Assembly (NCBI GenBank): GCA_031409275.1
Contig: JANNXA010000027.1
Span: forward strand, 96,001 to 160,000
Direction of reading: 5' to 3'
Origin: Planctomycetota bacterium
GTDB taxonomy: Bacteria; Planctomycetota; B15-G4; SIAN01
DNA length: 64,000 nt
Part shown: positions 10,930-20,936 of the stretch, piece after piece
Numbering within the stretch: the stretch's first letter is position 1
Layout of the letters: the number at the start of each line of letters is the position of its first letter
Notes under the pieces: model-generated
The model's database searches: none
What the model was told of the DNA's origin: nothing
The model's input: only the letters and a program-made list of their open reading frames with translations
Translations under genes and position numbers: made by a program

Positions 10930-12453
10930 ATGGTTCTTCATCGATCGTGGGGATCGGGCCGGCGCCTGGCGCGCGGCTCTCGTTTGCTGGCCATGGCGGT
11001 CGGGTGCGCCGTGCTCGCCTGGGCGGCGCCGTGCGCATCGGCGCGCGCTGCGAGCGCATGGCTTGCCGATGCCGACTACACGGAAGCAGCGACTCGCTTT
11101 CGGGCGACCCACTCGCTGGAGGCGCTGCCGGCCGACGCCACGGCGCTGACGCAGGCGCTCGACCGCATGTTCGTCGCGCTCGACGTCGGTGCCTTCGAGC
11201 TGCGCTATCCGGCCGCACAGCTGGCCGACCCCAAACGCGGCGACGAGTTCCGTGAACTTGCGCTGGCGCTGCTCGACCTGCAGATCGAATGGCGCGGCTG
11301 GCTCGATCCGACGCATGCCGACGCGCCGCCGCCGGCCGCCGCCGCCGCCGTCCGCAGCTGGATCAAGGGGTGGCGCGGGGACGCGCTCAAGAAGGCGATG
11401 GCGGCGCGCGGAGCGGAGGCTCCATTCGCGGTCGCCGCTGGCGCCAACGCGGCGCAGCAAGCGGCGCTGAAGAGCTGCGCGGAGAGTTTCCGCAGCGGCA
11501 GCGCGCTCGACGTCGCGTTGATTGGCACCTCGACGCGCCTGGTGCTGGCACCGTCGCGCGACGACTTCATCGGCCTCGTCGCCTTCATCGGGACGCTGCA
11601 GGCGGATTGGAAGCCGCTGGCCTGGAGCGCGAACCTCGCTCAGCGCAGCGCCTTCCAGCTGAACGAATTGCTGGTGCTGGCGCTGGTTCATCCCGCTCCG
11701 GATGGAAATCCGGCCGGCATCGGGATGAACGTTCGTGAGCCGACCGGTCTCCTGCAGCACGTGACGCAGTACGCCGCCGATCGTCTCGTGAAGCAGACGT
11801 TCGGAGCCGCGCTCGATCCCGGTCTGCAATCGGGGCTCTCGGTGAATCTCGTGATCGCGCGCTTCGGCGAGAACAACGCTCGGCTCTTCAACGCGGGCGA
11901 AGGCAAGACGATCCCGGCGCGCGAGCGCTTCGTGCCGGGCGGCCGCAGCGAAGGGGGCAAGCTCTCCGCTCGCAGCGCCGACTGCCGCTGGCGTCTCGAA
12001 AAGGGGCGCGATTGGTTCCTGAAGCAGCTGAAGCTGGGACAGGCGGAGGGGGGCAAGCTGGCGATCGAATTCGGCGAGGGAGCGCCTTCGCCGCTCGCCC
12101 ACTTCGTGCTCGACGCGAACGACAAACCGAGCATGCACGACATCGCGACCGCGCCGCTGCTCGGCGCCTACGCGGCGGCGCAGGAGGTGCCGGCGAACTT
12201 CTCTTCCGACTATCAGGAGTGCCTGCGCGCCTACCGGTCGTGCTTCTTGAATTGGCTGGCCAAGGAAGCCAAGCCGCTCTCGGGCTCGAAGCGCGGTCTC
12301 GCGCTGCTGCTGCGCGCGCGCCTCGCTAGGCCGACCGAGTCGCTCGACGCGCTGGTGACCGAACTCTATGGCGTCGCGCTGACGGCGCCCGAACCGGCGA
12401 GCAAGGCACTGGAATGGCAGTTCCTCGCCTGGTTGAACCGGGTGCGCGCCTGA
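10930..12453 (+). CDS. Hypothetical exported protein
   Basis: SD GGAGG before ATG 10930; signal peptide-like N-terminus; coding-like GC3 bias. Confidence 0.7.
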   Translation: MVLHRSWGSGRRLARGSRLLAMAVGCAVLAWAAPCASARAASAWLADADYTEAATRFRATHSLEALPADATALTQALDRMFVALDVGAFELRYPAAQLADPKRGDEFRELALALLDLQIEWRGWLDPTHADAPPPAAAAAVRSWIKGWRGDALKKAMAARGAEAPFAVAAGANAAQQAALKSCAESFRSGSALDVALIGTSTRLVLAPSRDDFIGLVAFIGTLQADWKPLAWSANLAQRSAFQLNELLVLALVHPAPDGNPAGIGMNVREPTGLLQHVTQYAADRLVKQTFGAALDPGLQSGLSVNLVIARFGENNARLFNAGEGKTIPARERFVPGGRSEGGKLSARSADCRWRLEKGRDWFLKQLKLGQAEGGKLAIEFGEGAPSPLAHFVLDANDKPSMHDIATAPLLGAYAAAQEVPANFSSDYQECLRAYRSCFLNWLAKEAKPLSGSKRGLALLLRARLARPTESLDALVTELYGVALTAPEPASKALEWQFLAWLNRVRA

Positions 12454-12554
12454 CAGCGACCGTTGCCTGATCGCGGAGGTTGCGCTGCTCGCGGCGCATC
12501 CCGTTGGCAGCGGATGAGCCGCGCGCGCCGCGCGCCGACGTATAAATCGGCGCC

Positions 12555-13019
12555 ATGATTCGACGCGGATTCCTGACGACCGTCGCCGTGCTGCTTGGCA
12601 CCGCCATCACGGGTGGTCTCGGGCTGCTCGCCTCCCTCTTCGCGCGCGCGACCTCGCGCTGGCCGCTGCGCCACGCCCGCAAGTGGACGGCGCTGTGCAA
12701 GGTCGCCGACCTCGGCGCCGATGCGCCGCTCGAGACGAGCTTCACCTTCGAGCGCTTCGAAGGCTGGTATCGCGAGAAGGTCGCGCGTCAGGTCTACGTG
12801 ACGCGCGATGAGACGGGGGCACCGGTCGTCTTCTCGCGCACCTGCACCCACCTCGGCTGTCCGGTGAAGTGGAAGGCGCAGAGCAAGACGTTTCGCTGCG
12901 CCTGTCACGGCGGTGTCTTCGACGCGCAGGGGGCGGTGCTCGATGGCCCGCCGCCGCGCCCGCTCGTTCGGTTGCCGTGCCGCATCGCCGGCGAGCTGAT
13001 CGAAGTGGAGGAGGCGTGA
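12555..13019 (+). CDS. Rieske 2Fe-2S subunit of a cytochrome bc complex
   Basis: Tat motif IRRGFL; CTHLGC and CACHGG; GPPPRPL. Confidence 0.93.
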   Translation: MIRRGFLTTVAVLLGTAITGGLGLLASLFARATSRWPLRHARKWTALCKVADLGADAPLETSFTFERFEGWYREKVARQVYVTRDETGAPVVFSRTCTHLGCPVKWKAQSKTFRCACHGGVFDAQGAVLDGPPPRPLVRLPCRIAGELIEVEEA

Positions 13020-14500
13020 GCACGCCGGACGGGACGGCTCCGCGCGGCGGCCTGCGCGCGATGCTCGGCGAGTGGGTCTTCTCGAAGCAGGTCCCGGCGG
13101 GCATCGGTTTCCTGCGAGCCCTCGGCACCGCGCTGGCCGTGGTCCTGCTGACGCAAGCGGTCACCGGGATGTTGCTGGCGCTGTGCTACGTGCCGTCGCC
13201 CGACCACGCGTACGACTCGATTCGCTACATCGACGAAGAGGTGCGCGCGACGCTGCTCGGCCACGAGCTCGCGGTCGGCAAGTTCCTGCGCGGGCTCCAC
13301 CATTGGGGAGCGAGCGCCGTGATCGTGCTGGCGGCGATGCACCTGCTGCGCGTCTTCTTCACCGGCGCCTACAAGCGGCCGCGGGCGCTCCTGTGGGTGC
13401 TCGGCGTCGCGATCCTCGGCGTACTGCTGGGATTCGGGTTCACCGGCTACCTGCTGCCGTGGGACATGAAGGCGTTCTTCGCCACCGACGTCGGCCTCAA
13501 CATCGTGGCGCAGCTGCCGAAGATCGGCCCCGACCTGGCCGACCTGCTGCGCGGCGGGCCGGAGCTCGGCGCCCCGACCCTCACGCGCATGTTCGCGGCG
13601 CATGTCCTCTTCCTGCCGGCGCTGCTGCTGCCGTTGGCCGGCCTGCATCTGCTGCTCGTCCATCAGCTCGGCATCACGCCACCCGGCGCGCGGGTTGGCG
13701 AGCCGGAGGTGAAGAGCGCGCCCTTCTTCCCCGACCATGTCGTGCGCGAGCTCCTGGTGGCGACGCTCGCTCTCGGCGTGATCGCGCTCCTGGCCCGGCA
13801 GCTCGGTCCGCCGCTCGAAGGGCCGGCCAATCGTGACGCCCACGGCTACGAGCCGCGGCCCGAGTGGTACTTCCTCGCGCTGTTCCAGCTGCTCAAGCTG
13901 TTCGAGGGTGGCTCGATCCTGATCCCGACCGTGATCCTGCCGGGCGGCCTCGCGACGGTGCTGCTGCTGCTGCCTTGGATCGATCGCAATCGCGAGCGCG
14001 CGCCGTCGAAGCGCCCGTTCGCGATCGCGTGCGGATTGCTCGTGGTTGGCAGCGTGGCGGGTCTCACCGTCTGGGGGCTGCAGACGCCGGCTGGCGAGGA
14101 GTCGAAGCCGCCGCCCTACGTGCACGTCGGCGACTTGAGCTACACGCCGCCTTCCAGCCCGCCGTTCTCGCCGCCGCGCGACGCCGCCAGCGCCGCGGCG
14201 GCGGGGACGACAGGTGTCGCTGCGGCCTCTCCGATCGCGGCGAAGGGCGAAGCGCTCGTGGCGCAGTACGAGTGCACGGCGTGCCATCTGCTGCACGGCG
14301 TCGGCGACACCAGCGGTGCTGGAGCGCCCGAGTTCATCGGCATCCCCGGCGCGCACGATGCGGCGTGGTACGCCAACTTCCTGATCGATCCCAAGCAGGT
14401 CCGCCCCGAGATCGACATGCCGAGCGCCGCCGACCTCGAACTCACCGACGCCGATCGACTGGCGCTCGCCGATTGGCTCGCCAGCGTCACTGCACGCTGA
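13016..14500 (+). CDS. Cytochrome b (N- and C-terminal parts) fused to a C-terminal monoheme cytochrome c
   Basis: GTG overlaps the Rieske stop; [34 protein letters not shown] with distal MP. Confidence 0.9.
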   Translation: MSTPDGTAPRGGLRAMLGEWVFSKQVPAGIGFLRALGTALAVVLLTQAVTGMLLALCYVPSPDHAYDSIRYIDEEVRATLLGHELAVGKFLRGLHHWGASAVIVLAAMHLLRVFFTGAYKRPRALLWVLGVAILGVLLGFGFTGYLLPWDMKAFFATDVGLNIVAQLPKIGPDLADLLRGGPELGAPTLTRMFAAHVLFLPALLLPLAGLHLLLVHQLGITPPGARVGEPEVKSAPFFPDHVVRELLVATLALGVIALLARQLGPPLEGPANRDAHGYEPRPEWYFLALFQLLKLFEGGSILIPTVILPGGLATVLLLLPWIDRNRERAPSKRPFAIACGLLVVGSVAGLTVWGLQTPAGEESKPPPYVHVGDLSYTPPSSPPFSPPRDAASAAAAGTTGVAAASPIAAKGEALVAQYECTACHLLHGVGDTSGAGAPEFIGIPGAHDAAWYANFLIDPKQVRPEIDMPSAADLELTDADRLALADWLASVTAR

Positions 14501-14993
14501 ACTCGCGCACGAAGCGGACGACGCTGCCGCGGGCGAGATCGACTTCGCCGGCGACGAGTTCGATCACTCGGAAGTCCTGGGCCACCACGCGCCAGCGGCT
14601 GCGCAGTCCCAGCGGCTCGGCGGGCACGAAGCCGCAGTGGCCGTAGAAGCCGCCCGGTCCGATCACCACGACGAGGCCCGCTCCGTGAGCGCGGCACGCC
14701 GCGAGCCCGGCCGCGACGAGCGACTGGCCGATGCCGCGCCCCTGCCGTGCCGGCGCCACCGCCATCAGGCCGAGGGCGAGCGGCGGCCGGCGGCAGCGCG
14801 CGCCGACGAGGTCGACGGGCGTGAAGATCGCATGCGCGACGACGACCTCGTCTTCGAGTGCGACGTGCTCTAGCACGTCACCGCGCGCGCGCAGCAAATC
14901 CACCTGCGTGGCGTCCGAGCGCCGCCCGAAGGCGGCGGCGACGACGGTCGCGATGGTTGCGTGGTCGGCGGGAACCGCAGGGCGCAGTGTCAT
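14487..14993 (-). CDS. GNAT family N-acetyltransferase (YhbS-like)
   Basis: LMAVAPARQGRGIG, VVVIG..GFYGHCGF. Confidence 0.85.
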   Translation of the reverse strand: MTLRPAVPADHATIATVVAAAFGRRSDATQVDLLRARGDVLEHVALEDEVVVAHAIFTPVDLVGARCRRPPLALGLMAVAPARQGRGIGQSLVAAGLAACRAHGAGLVVVIGPGGFYGHCGFVPAEPLGLRSRWRVVAQDFRVIELVAGEVDLARGSVVRFVREFSVQ

Positions 14994-15548
14994 TCAGCGG
15001 GCCGCGAAGGCGCGGGCGTAACGTTCGTCCATCACGGCGCAGTGGTGGCGCAGGTGGCCGGCCATGACCCACGCCAGCGCGCGCACGCTGATCGCCCTGC
15101 CGTTGGCCTGACCGCGCGCCTCGAACGCGGCGCCATCGAGTCGCTGCAGCAGGCAGAGGTTCGCCTCGCGCAGCAGCGTGAACTCGCGGACGTGGTCGGC
15201 GAGTGTCACCGCGGCGGACGGCGCGCGCTCGACGTAGGCGTTCTCATCGAACCCCGGCAGCGGCGTCGAGTCGTGGCGGCTGAAGCAGAAGGCACGAAAG
15301 CCGAAGACGCGCTCCGCATCGACGAGGTGGCCGAACAGCTGGCGCAACGTCCATTTGCCAGGAGCGTAGGCGTACGCCTCGTTCGCGACCGCGACGCGGC
15401 CGATCCTGGCCGCAAGCTCTGCGGGCTGCGCGGCAAGGACCTTCGCGATCTCCGTCTCGGGCACTCGCTCGACGTAGCCGGCATAGAACGGCGCGTACTC
15501 GTCCGCGTTGGGGCGACCCGGACTCACGGCAAACACGACGGCCGACAT
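14994..15548 (-). CDS. DinB family protein
   Basis: RP..DEYAPFYAGYV, YAPGKWT, GHLVDAERVF, LPGFDEN, AGHLRHH. Confidence 0.85.
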   Translation of the reverse strand: MSAVVFAVSPGRPNADEYAPFYAGYVERVPETEIAKVLAAQPAELAARIGRVAVANEAYAYAPGKWTLRQLFGHLVDAERVFGFRAFCFSRHDSTPLPGFDENAYVERAPSAAVTLADHVREFTLLREANLCLLQRLDGAAFEARGQANGRAISVRALAWVMAGHLRHHCAVMDERYARAFAAR

Positions 15549-15609
15549 GCTCGATCTCCTGCGCGCCGTGCAGTGGCGGCGCGCCGCGGACGATAGCGCG
15601 CGCGGTCGC

Positions 15610-18600
15610 TCACTCCTCGATGAAGGAGAGTTCGAGCGATTCCGGGAAACGCACGCGATAGCCCCATTCGAGCGTCGCGACGCCGTTGCGCGGCAGCGCC
15701 AGCTCCCAAGTCAGGATCCCCGCCTCGTCGCGGCGGCGCTTCGCTTCGGCACCATTCGACGGCGCCGGCTTGGGAGGCTCGAGCGTGACCTCGATCCGTT
15801 CGTCGCGGGCGCGCGGCAGCGCCTCTTCGACCGTCACCTGGATGCGGCCATCGCTGCGATTCGCGGGGGCGCCGTGGTCGCGCAGTTCGAGCCGCCAAGC
15901 GCGGCGTCGGGTGCCCGCGGACGAGAAGGTGGAGCTCGCGAAGTCATCGGCGGTCGCGACCCGCTCGACAGCGATCCACGGATCGGCGCCGAGGTGGAGT
16001 TCGACCTCGGCCTGCTTTGGAGCGAGCGCGAGAGTTCCGCGGCCGAGGTAGTCGCGGCCGAGGTGAACGGCGGTCGGGCCAGGCAGCAGCGTCCAAACGC
16101 TCGTGTTCGTCGCCTTGCCGGTGAGCCAGACCGTGGCATCGATCGCGGGGACGCAGCGCCGCTCGATGGTGAGCGGCAACGCCGCGCGGCCGATCAGCAG
16201 GAGCTGACCGTCTCGATTCGGAGCGACGTGCTGGCGGCCCGGCAGCTCGAAGCGCTCCGAGATGCCCTGGTCGGCGACCTTTGCGACCGGGGCCGCACGG
16301 CCGGGCTTGAAGCCCGCCATGCCCGACACGTCGAACGCGTCATCGTACGCCGCTTCGGCAGAGGCGGTCGGAGGTGCCGCGTCGGCCGCGCCCAGGAAGT
16401 GGCGCTCCTCTCGGCGCAGCGAGAGTCGCTCGACCTGCGGGTCGGGGCCGGCGGCGCCACGTTGCGGAGCCGCGGTCGAGAGCGCGAGCGCGACATCGTT
16501 CCACGCTTCCGGCGTCGCTTGCCAGACGCGCGCGCGGTAGGTGAGGTCGACGTGATCGAGCTCCTTGGCGGCGCGCACGTCGTACTCGGGACTCCATCCC
16601 GCTTCGGCGACGAGGTAGCTCAAAGTGCAAGCAAGCGGCCCTTCCTGACGCGCGAAGGCGTCGATCAGCACGTCGCGCACGCGAGTGGCGGCGGCGCCAT
16701 CGCCGGCGAGGTCACGCGCCGCAGCGGCCACTTCTCGATTCTTCGCAGCGATGGCGCGCGCGTTGGACCGGCGCGCCTCCTGCTGCGCAGCAAGTTCCGA
16801 TTCGAGGAAGGCCGCTTCCTTGCTCCACGCCTCGAAGTTCGGGCGCGCGCCGTCGCTGTTCGCGGTGGGCAGCTGCGGGATCATCCGTTGGCGCAGGTGC
16901 TGACCCAACTCTTCGAGCGTGACGCGCTCGTCGTTCAGAACCGCGAGCTCGCGTTCGAGTCCCTGATGGCGCGCACGCAGCGCCGCGAGCTGCGCGTCGG
17001 GCAGGGTCGCTTGCTGGCGCTCGCGCAGCTCGAGGCTCACGATCTCGCCGCCTTCGAGGCGGAGCCGGATCGAAGTCGGATCGGCGCTGATCGGGAGGTC
17101 GCGCAGCACGAAGGTGCCGGCGCCGGGAAGCGTCGCGTGCCGCTCGACGAGCGCGCCCGCGCCGTACACGGTGACCCGCTCGATCCGGCTGTCGATCACC
17201 TGCTGCGCCGTCGCAACGGTCGGGCTCGCGGCGAGCGCGGCCAACAGCAGCGCGGTCGCCGGAAGCGCCTGGTGGCGGCGGTGGCGGCGCGCGCGGTAGG
17301 CGGCGAGGCCTGCGATCAACGCGACGACGGCGCCCGCCAGCGAGCGCCGCAACCACGGCGGGTCGTTGCCGCCGAACGATCCGACGCCGCCGGCGCCGCG
17401 CAGCAACTCGGCGTCATCGGGCCAGGTCACGGTCTGTTTCCACTCGACGGTCCCGACGGCGCCTCGCGCGAGCGAAACCTCCCAAGTGAGGATCCCCTTC
17501 TCGCTGCGGTCGCGATCGAAGCGCGGGCTGCGGGCGAGCGGCGGCACGACGTCGTCGAGCTCGACGTCGATGCGGTCGTCCTGCGCCAGGGGCAGCGTCT
17601 CGCGCACTTGCACCACGACCCGTCCGTCGGCACTCGACGCGAGGCCGGCCTGGTTCTCGATGCGGACGCGCCAACGGTCGATCTTCCGGCTCTTCGAGCC
17701 GAAGAGACCGGCGCTCCCTTGCTGATCCTCGACGTGGTGGCGGGTGACGACGAAGCCGGGATCGCGGCCGAGGTGAAGCGTGAACTCCTGGCCCGGACGC
17801 ACCAGCTCGAGCGCCGCCGGACCGACGAAGTCGTCGCCGAAGAAGACGGCAGCCGGGCCGGGCAGCAGCACGAACGGGCTGTCGTTCTTCGTGCGTGCCC
17901 GAATCCAGACGTCGAGATCCCGTGCCGGCGTGCAGACGCGCTCGCCCTCGACGGCGAGGGTCGCCTGCGTCACCAGGACCGTGGTCGCGCTCGCCCGCGA
18001 CTCGATCGTCTCCTTGCGCGGCAGTTGGTAGCGCAGCGAGAGCCCTTCCTGCTCCGGTTGCGCGCTCCACTGCTCGTCGTTGTCCGCATCGTGCTTCGCC
18101 TTGTCGTGGAACTCCATTTTTGCGTATCCGGCCGTCGCGAATCCGGATCTGCCCACGTCTCGCGGGCGCGCCAGGTCGATCCAGGTCGCCCGTGCGATCG
18201 GGCCGACGACGCCGCGGCGCGGCTCGGCGGTCGACAGGAACAGCGCGACGTCGCGCCAATCCTCGCCCGTCTGCTGCGTCACCTCGGCCCGATAGGTGAG
18301 CGCGACCTTGGCCAGCGTCGCGTCGGCGCGCAGGTCGTATCGCGGCATCCAGTGGGCGTTGCCGACCTCGTAGTCGAGCTCGAGGGAGAGCGCGCCGTCG
18401 TCGAGTGCGACGACGCTGAAGGAGAGGTCGAAGCGATTCGTCGGTCCGCCCGACCGAAGCGTGGCACGTTCGTCACGCGCGGCCGACAACGCCGCTTCGG
18501 CGGCCTGCCGCGCCTCGGTCGCCGCGCGCTCGCCGCTGCGCGCGCTGCGGAGTTGCTCGCCGAGATAGCGGTAGTTGGGGTTCCAGGCGTCCGCCTCGGG

Positions 18601-19044
18601 GCGGCCGCGAGCCATCTCCTGCGCATGCGCCGTCGCCTCCTGCGCGAGCAGCGCCTCGACTCGCTCGCGCAACGCCACTCGCAGCGCGAGCGCGTCGGCG
18701 GCGCGGTCCAGCTGCTCGGCCAGCGATTCGATCCGCTGTTCGATCGCGGCGATCCGTTCGGGCGCGACCACGTCGGGGGCGGCGGCACGGACCGTGAGGT
18801 CGTTGGCTTCCGCGCCGACGAGGCGCAACTGCACGCTGTCGGGAACCAGCGTCGGCGGCAGTCCCGGGATCACGTAGCGACCATCGCCGCTTGGAAGCGC
18901 GGCACGCCGCTTCACCAGCGCGCTGTCGCGATGGACCGAGACTTCGGTGATGGTCGTGGCGAGCGGAGTTTCGCGGTCGACGCGAGCGCCGACGGACGTC
19001 AACGCCAACGGCAGCACGAAGAGCGGGAACGAGGCGAGCATCAC
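15610..19044 (-). CDS. Tandem DUF4140/DUF4139 protein (two complete units)
   Basis: Duplicated motifs ITEVSVH/IERVTVY, W.P.YD.RA, LTYRA.V.Q.T.E.W.DVAL.LSTA.P, LLPGP.AV, LHLG.DP, GILTWE. Confidence 0.85.
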   Translation of the reverse strand: MMLASFPLFVLPLALTSVGARVDRETPLATTITEVSVHRDSALVKRRAALPSGDGRYVIPGLPPTLVPDSVQLRLVGAEANDLTVRAAAPDVVAPERIAAIEQRIESLAEQLDRAADALALRVALRERVEALLAQEATAHAQEMARGRPEADAWNPNYRYLGEQLRSARSGERAATEARQAAEAALSAARDERATLRSGGPTNRFDLSFSVVALDDGALSLELDYEVGNAHWMPRYDLRADATLAKVALTYRAEVTQQTGEDWRDVALFLSTAEPRRGVVGPIARATWIDLARPRDVGRSGFATAGYAKMEFHDKAKHDADNDEQWSAQPEQEGLSLRYQLPRKETIESRASATTVLVTQATLAVEGERVCTPARDLDVWIRARTKNDSPFVLLPGPAAVFFGDDFVGPAALELVRPGQEFTLHLGRDPGFVVTRHHVEDQQGSAGLFGSKSRKIDRWRVRIENQAGLASSADGRVVVQVRETLPLAQDDRIDVELDDVVPPLARSPRFDRDRSEKGILTWEVSLARGAVGTVEWKQTVTWPDDAELLRGAGGVGSFGGNDPPWLRRSLAGAVVALIAGLAAYRARRHRRHQALPATALLLAALAASPTVATAQQVIDSRIERVTVYGAGALVERHATLPGAGTFVLRDLPISADPTSIRLRLEGGEIVSLELRERQQATLPDAQLAALRARHQGLERELAVLNDERVTLEELGQHLRQRMIPQLPTANSDGARPNFEAWSKEAAFLESELAAQQEARRSNARAIAAKNREVAAAARDLAGDGAAATRVRDVLIDAFARQEGPLACTLSYLVAEAGWSPEYDVRAAKELDHVDLTYRARVWQATPEAWNDVALALSTAAPQRGAAGPDPQVERLSLRREERHFLGAADAAPPTASAEAAYDDAFDVSGMAGFKPGRAAPVAKVADQGISERFELPGRQHVAPNRDGQLLLIGRAALPLTIERRCVPAIDATVWLTGKATNTSVWTLLPGPTAVHLGRDYLGRGTLALAPKQAEVELHLGADPWIAVERVATADDFASSTFSSAGTRRRAWRLELRDHGAPANRSDGRIQVTVEEALPRARDERIEVTLEPPKPAPSNGAEAKRRRDEAGILTWELALPRNGVATLEWGYRVRFPESLELSFIEE

Positions 19045-19628
19045 GGATCCTCCGTCGGCAGGGGCGGTGTGGTGGCCGGCGCGCTCGGCGCCGGGCCAGC
19101 GTCGGTCGAGAGGGTCGGACCGCGAGCGGGCTCGGCAGTTCCCGATGGCGCGGGTACCGGCGGTGTTCGCCGCTCGCGCGCGACGGCTCGGGTGAGCAGG
19201 CGGTCGAGCGTCGCGGCAAAGGCCTGCAGATCGCGCGTCCCGTAGGGGCGCGGACCGCCGGTGGAGACGCCGGCCCCGCGCAGGAAATCCATGAAGTTGC
19301 GCACCGAGAGGCGGCTTTGGGCGTCGTCTTCGGTGTACTCGCTTCCGCGCGGATCGATCACGGCGACCTGCTTCGCCACGAGCTGAGCCGCGAGCGCGAT
19401 GTCCGCGGTGATCACGACGTCGCCCGCGATCGCTTCCTGGACGATCCGGCGATCCGCGGCGTCGGCGCTCCCATCGACGACGATGACCCGCGCATTCGGA
19501 TAGGCGGCGGGAATCGGCGGCGATTGGTTCGCGACGAGGATCGTCTCGATCGCGAGGCGCTTGCCGGCGCGAAAGATGATGTCCTTCATCTCGCGCGGCG
19601 CGGCGTCGGCATCGATCCAGAGTCTCAT
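19041..19628 (-). CDS. yaiI: YaiI/YqxD (UPF0178) family protein
   Basis: WIDADAAP, DAAD..IV, GDVVITADIALA, PRG..Y. Confidence 0.9.
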   Translation of the reverse strand: MRLWIDADAAPREMKDIIFRAGKRLAIETILVANQSPPIPAAYPNARVIVVDGSADAADRRIVQEAIAGDVVITADIALAAQLVAKQVAVIDPRGSEYTEDDAQSRLSVRNFMDFLRGAGVSTGGPRPYGTRDLQAFAATLDRLLTRAVARERRTPPVPAPSGTAEPARGPTLSTDAGPAPSAPATTPPLPTEDP

Positions 19629-19726
19629 CGAGGCGACACTACCGATCGAAGACCGCGGCGTCGGATCTCGTCGCGCGTGCTCCGCGAGGAGAGGCGATCC
19701 CGTCGACTCGTGCGGGAGATCTCGCA

Positions 19727-20812
19727 TCAGCCGGGTGGGGCGAGGGGCGGCCGCTGGAGGCTGCCCGAAGTGGGGGCGCCGTAGAGACGGTCGATGGGGC
19801 TGCGGACACCGGCGGGGCCGCGGTTCAGGACGTGGGTGTAGATCATGGTGGTCGAGACATCCTCGTGGCCGAGCAGTTGCTGCACCGTGCGAATGTCGTA
19901 GCCATCCTCGAGCAGATGGGTCGCGAAGGAATGGCGAAAGGTGTGGCAAGTGGCGTGCTTCACGATGCCGGCGCGCGCGACGGCCAGGTGAACGGAGCGT
20001 TGCAGCACCGTCTCATGCAAGTGGTGGCGGCGCAGGGTTTGAGTGTCGGCGCAGTAGTGGAGCCGGGCGGCCGGAAAGACCCACTGCCATGGCCAGCTCG
20101 CGGCCGCCTGGGTGTACTTGCGCGCGAGATCCGCCGGCAGTTCGACTTCGCCAGCGCCGTGCGCAAGATCGCGTTGATGGAGCCGTCGGGTCAGGCGGAG
20201 GTGGTCGCGCAGCGGCTCGATCAGCACGTGGGGCAACGGCGCTGCACGGTCCTTGCCGCCCTTACCGCGACGCACGAGGAGCTGTCGCGCCGAGAAGTCG
20301 ACGTCCTTCACTCGTAGCTGCAGCGCTTCCATCAGGCGCAGTCCCGCTCCGTACAGCAGATGAGCCGCCAACGCCGGCGCGCCCGTCAACTGCGAGAGCA
20401 CCGCGTGCACCTCCTCGCGCGTCATCACCACGGGCAGGCGCTTGGGCGCCTTCGCGCGCACCAGCGGCTCGAGGCTCTCGAGTTCGCGCTGCAGCACGTC
20501 ACGAAAGAGGACCAAGAGAGCCGCGAGCGCCTGATTCTGGGTCGAGGCCGATACCTGATGGGTGGTGGCGAGGTCGGAGAGGAAGTCGCGGATCTGCGGA
20601 GCGCCCATCGCGTCCGGATGCTGCATGCCGTGGAAGCGGACGAAACGGACGACCCACTGGACGTAGGCCTGCTCGGTACGAGGGCTCAGGTGGCGCGCGC
20701 GAATCACCGAACGCACGCGCTCGATCAGGCGCGGTGTCGCCGGGTCTGCGGCCGGCGTTGCCTTGCGCGGTCGATCGTCGGAGGCGGGTGTGCCGAACGG
20801 CCAGCGGACCAT
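19727..20812 (-). CDS. intI: Integron integrase (tyrosine recombinase)
   Basis: RHLSPRTEQAY, SASTQNQAL, LYGAGLRLME, GKGGKDR, IntI-specific insert ELPADLARKY..A...WPWQWVFP, RRHH, HTFRHSFATHLL, LLGH.DVSTTMIYTH. Confidence 0.93.
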   Translation of the reverse strand: MVRWPFGTPASDDRPRKATPAADPATPRLIERVRSVIRARHLSPRTEQAYVQWVVRFVRFHGMQHPDAMGAPQIRDFLSDLATTHQVSASTQNQALAALLVLFRDVLQRELESLEPLVRAKAPKRLPVVMTREEVHAVLSQLTGAPALAAHLLYGAGLRLMEALQLRVKDVDFSARQLLVRRGKGGKDRAAPLPHVLIEPLRDHLRLTRRLHQRDLAHGAGEVELPADLARKYTQAAASWPWQWVFPAARLHYCADTQTLRRHHLHETVLQRSVHLAVARAGIVKHATCHTFRHSFATHLLEDGYDIRTVQQLLGHEDVSTTMIYTHVLNRGPAGVRSPIDRLYGAPTSGSLQRPPLAPPG

Positions 20813-20936
20813 GGAGCGCTCGCTCGCGGCGGCGCCGAACATCGACGCGGCACCCGATTGCACGCGCCTGACGTCGACCTTCGTCGCGATGCGAGGACGA
20901 TGCGACGGCGCCGCGGTGACGAATGCGAAGCGCGCT

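Noticed and set aside
14487..15548. GNAT and DinB genes as integron cassettes
   Set aside because: They abut with no intervening attC-sized spacer.
15508..19245. 1245-aa plus-strand ORF
   Set aside because: Antisense shadow of the DUF4139 gene; Arg-rich and motif-free, typical of high-GC DNA.
20848..20862. CGGCACCCGATTGCA as a sigma54 promoter or attI element
   Set aside because: 9-nt spacing, no downstream plus-strand gene, and no GTTRRRY core.
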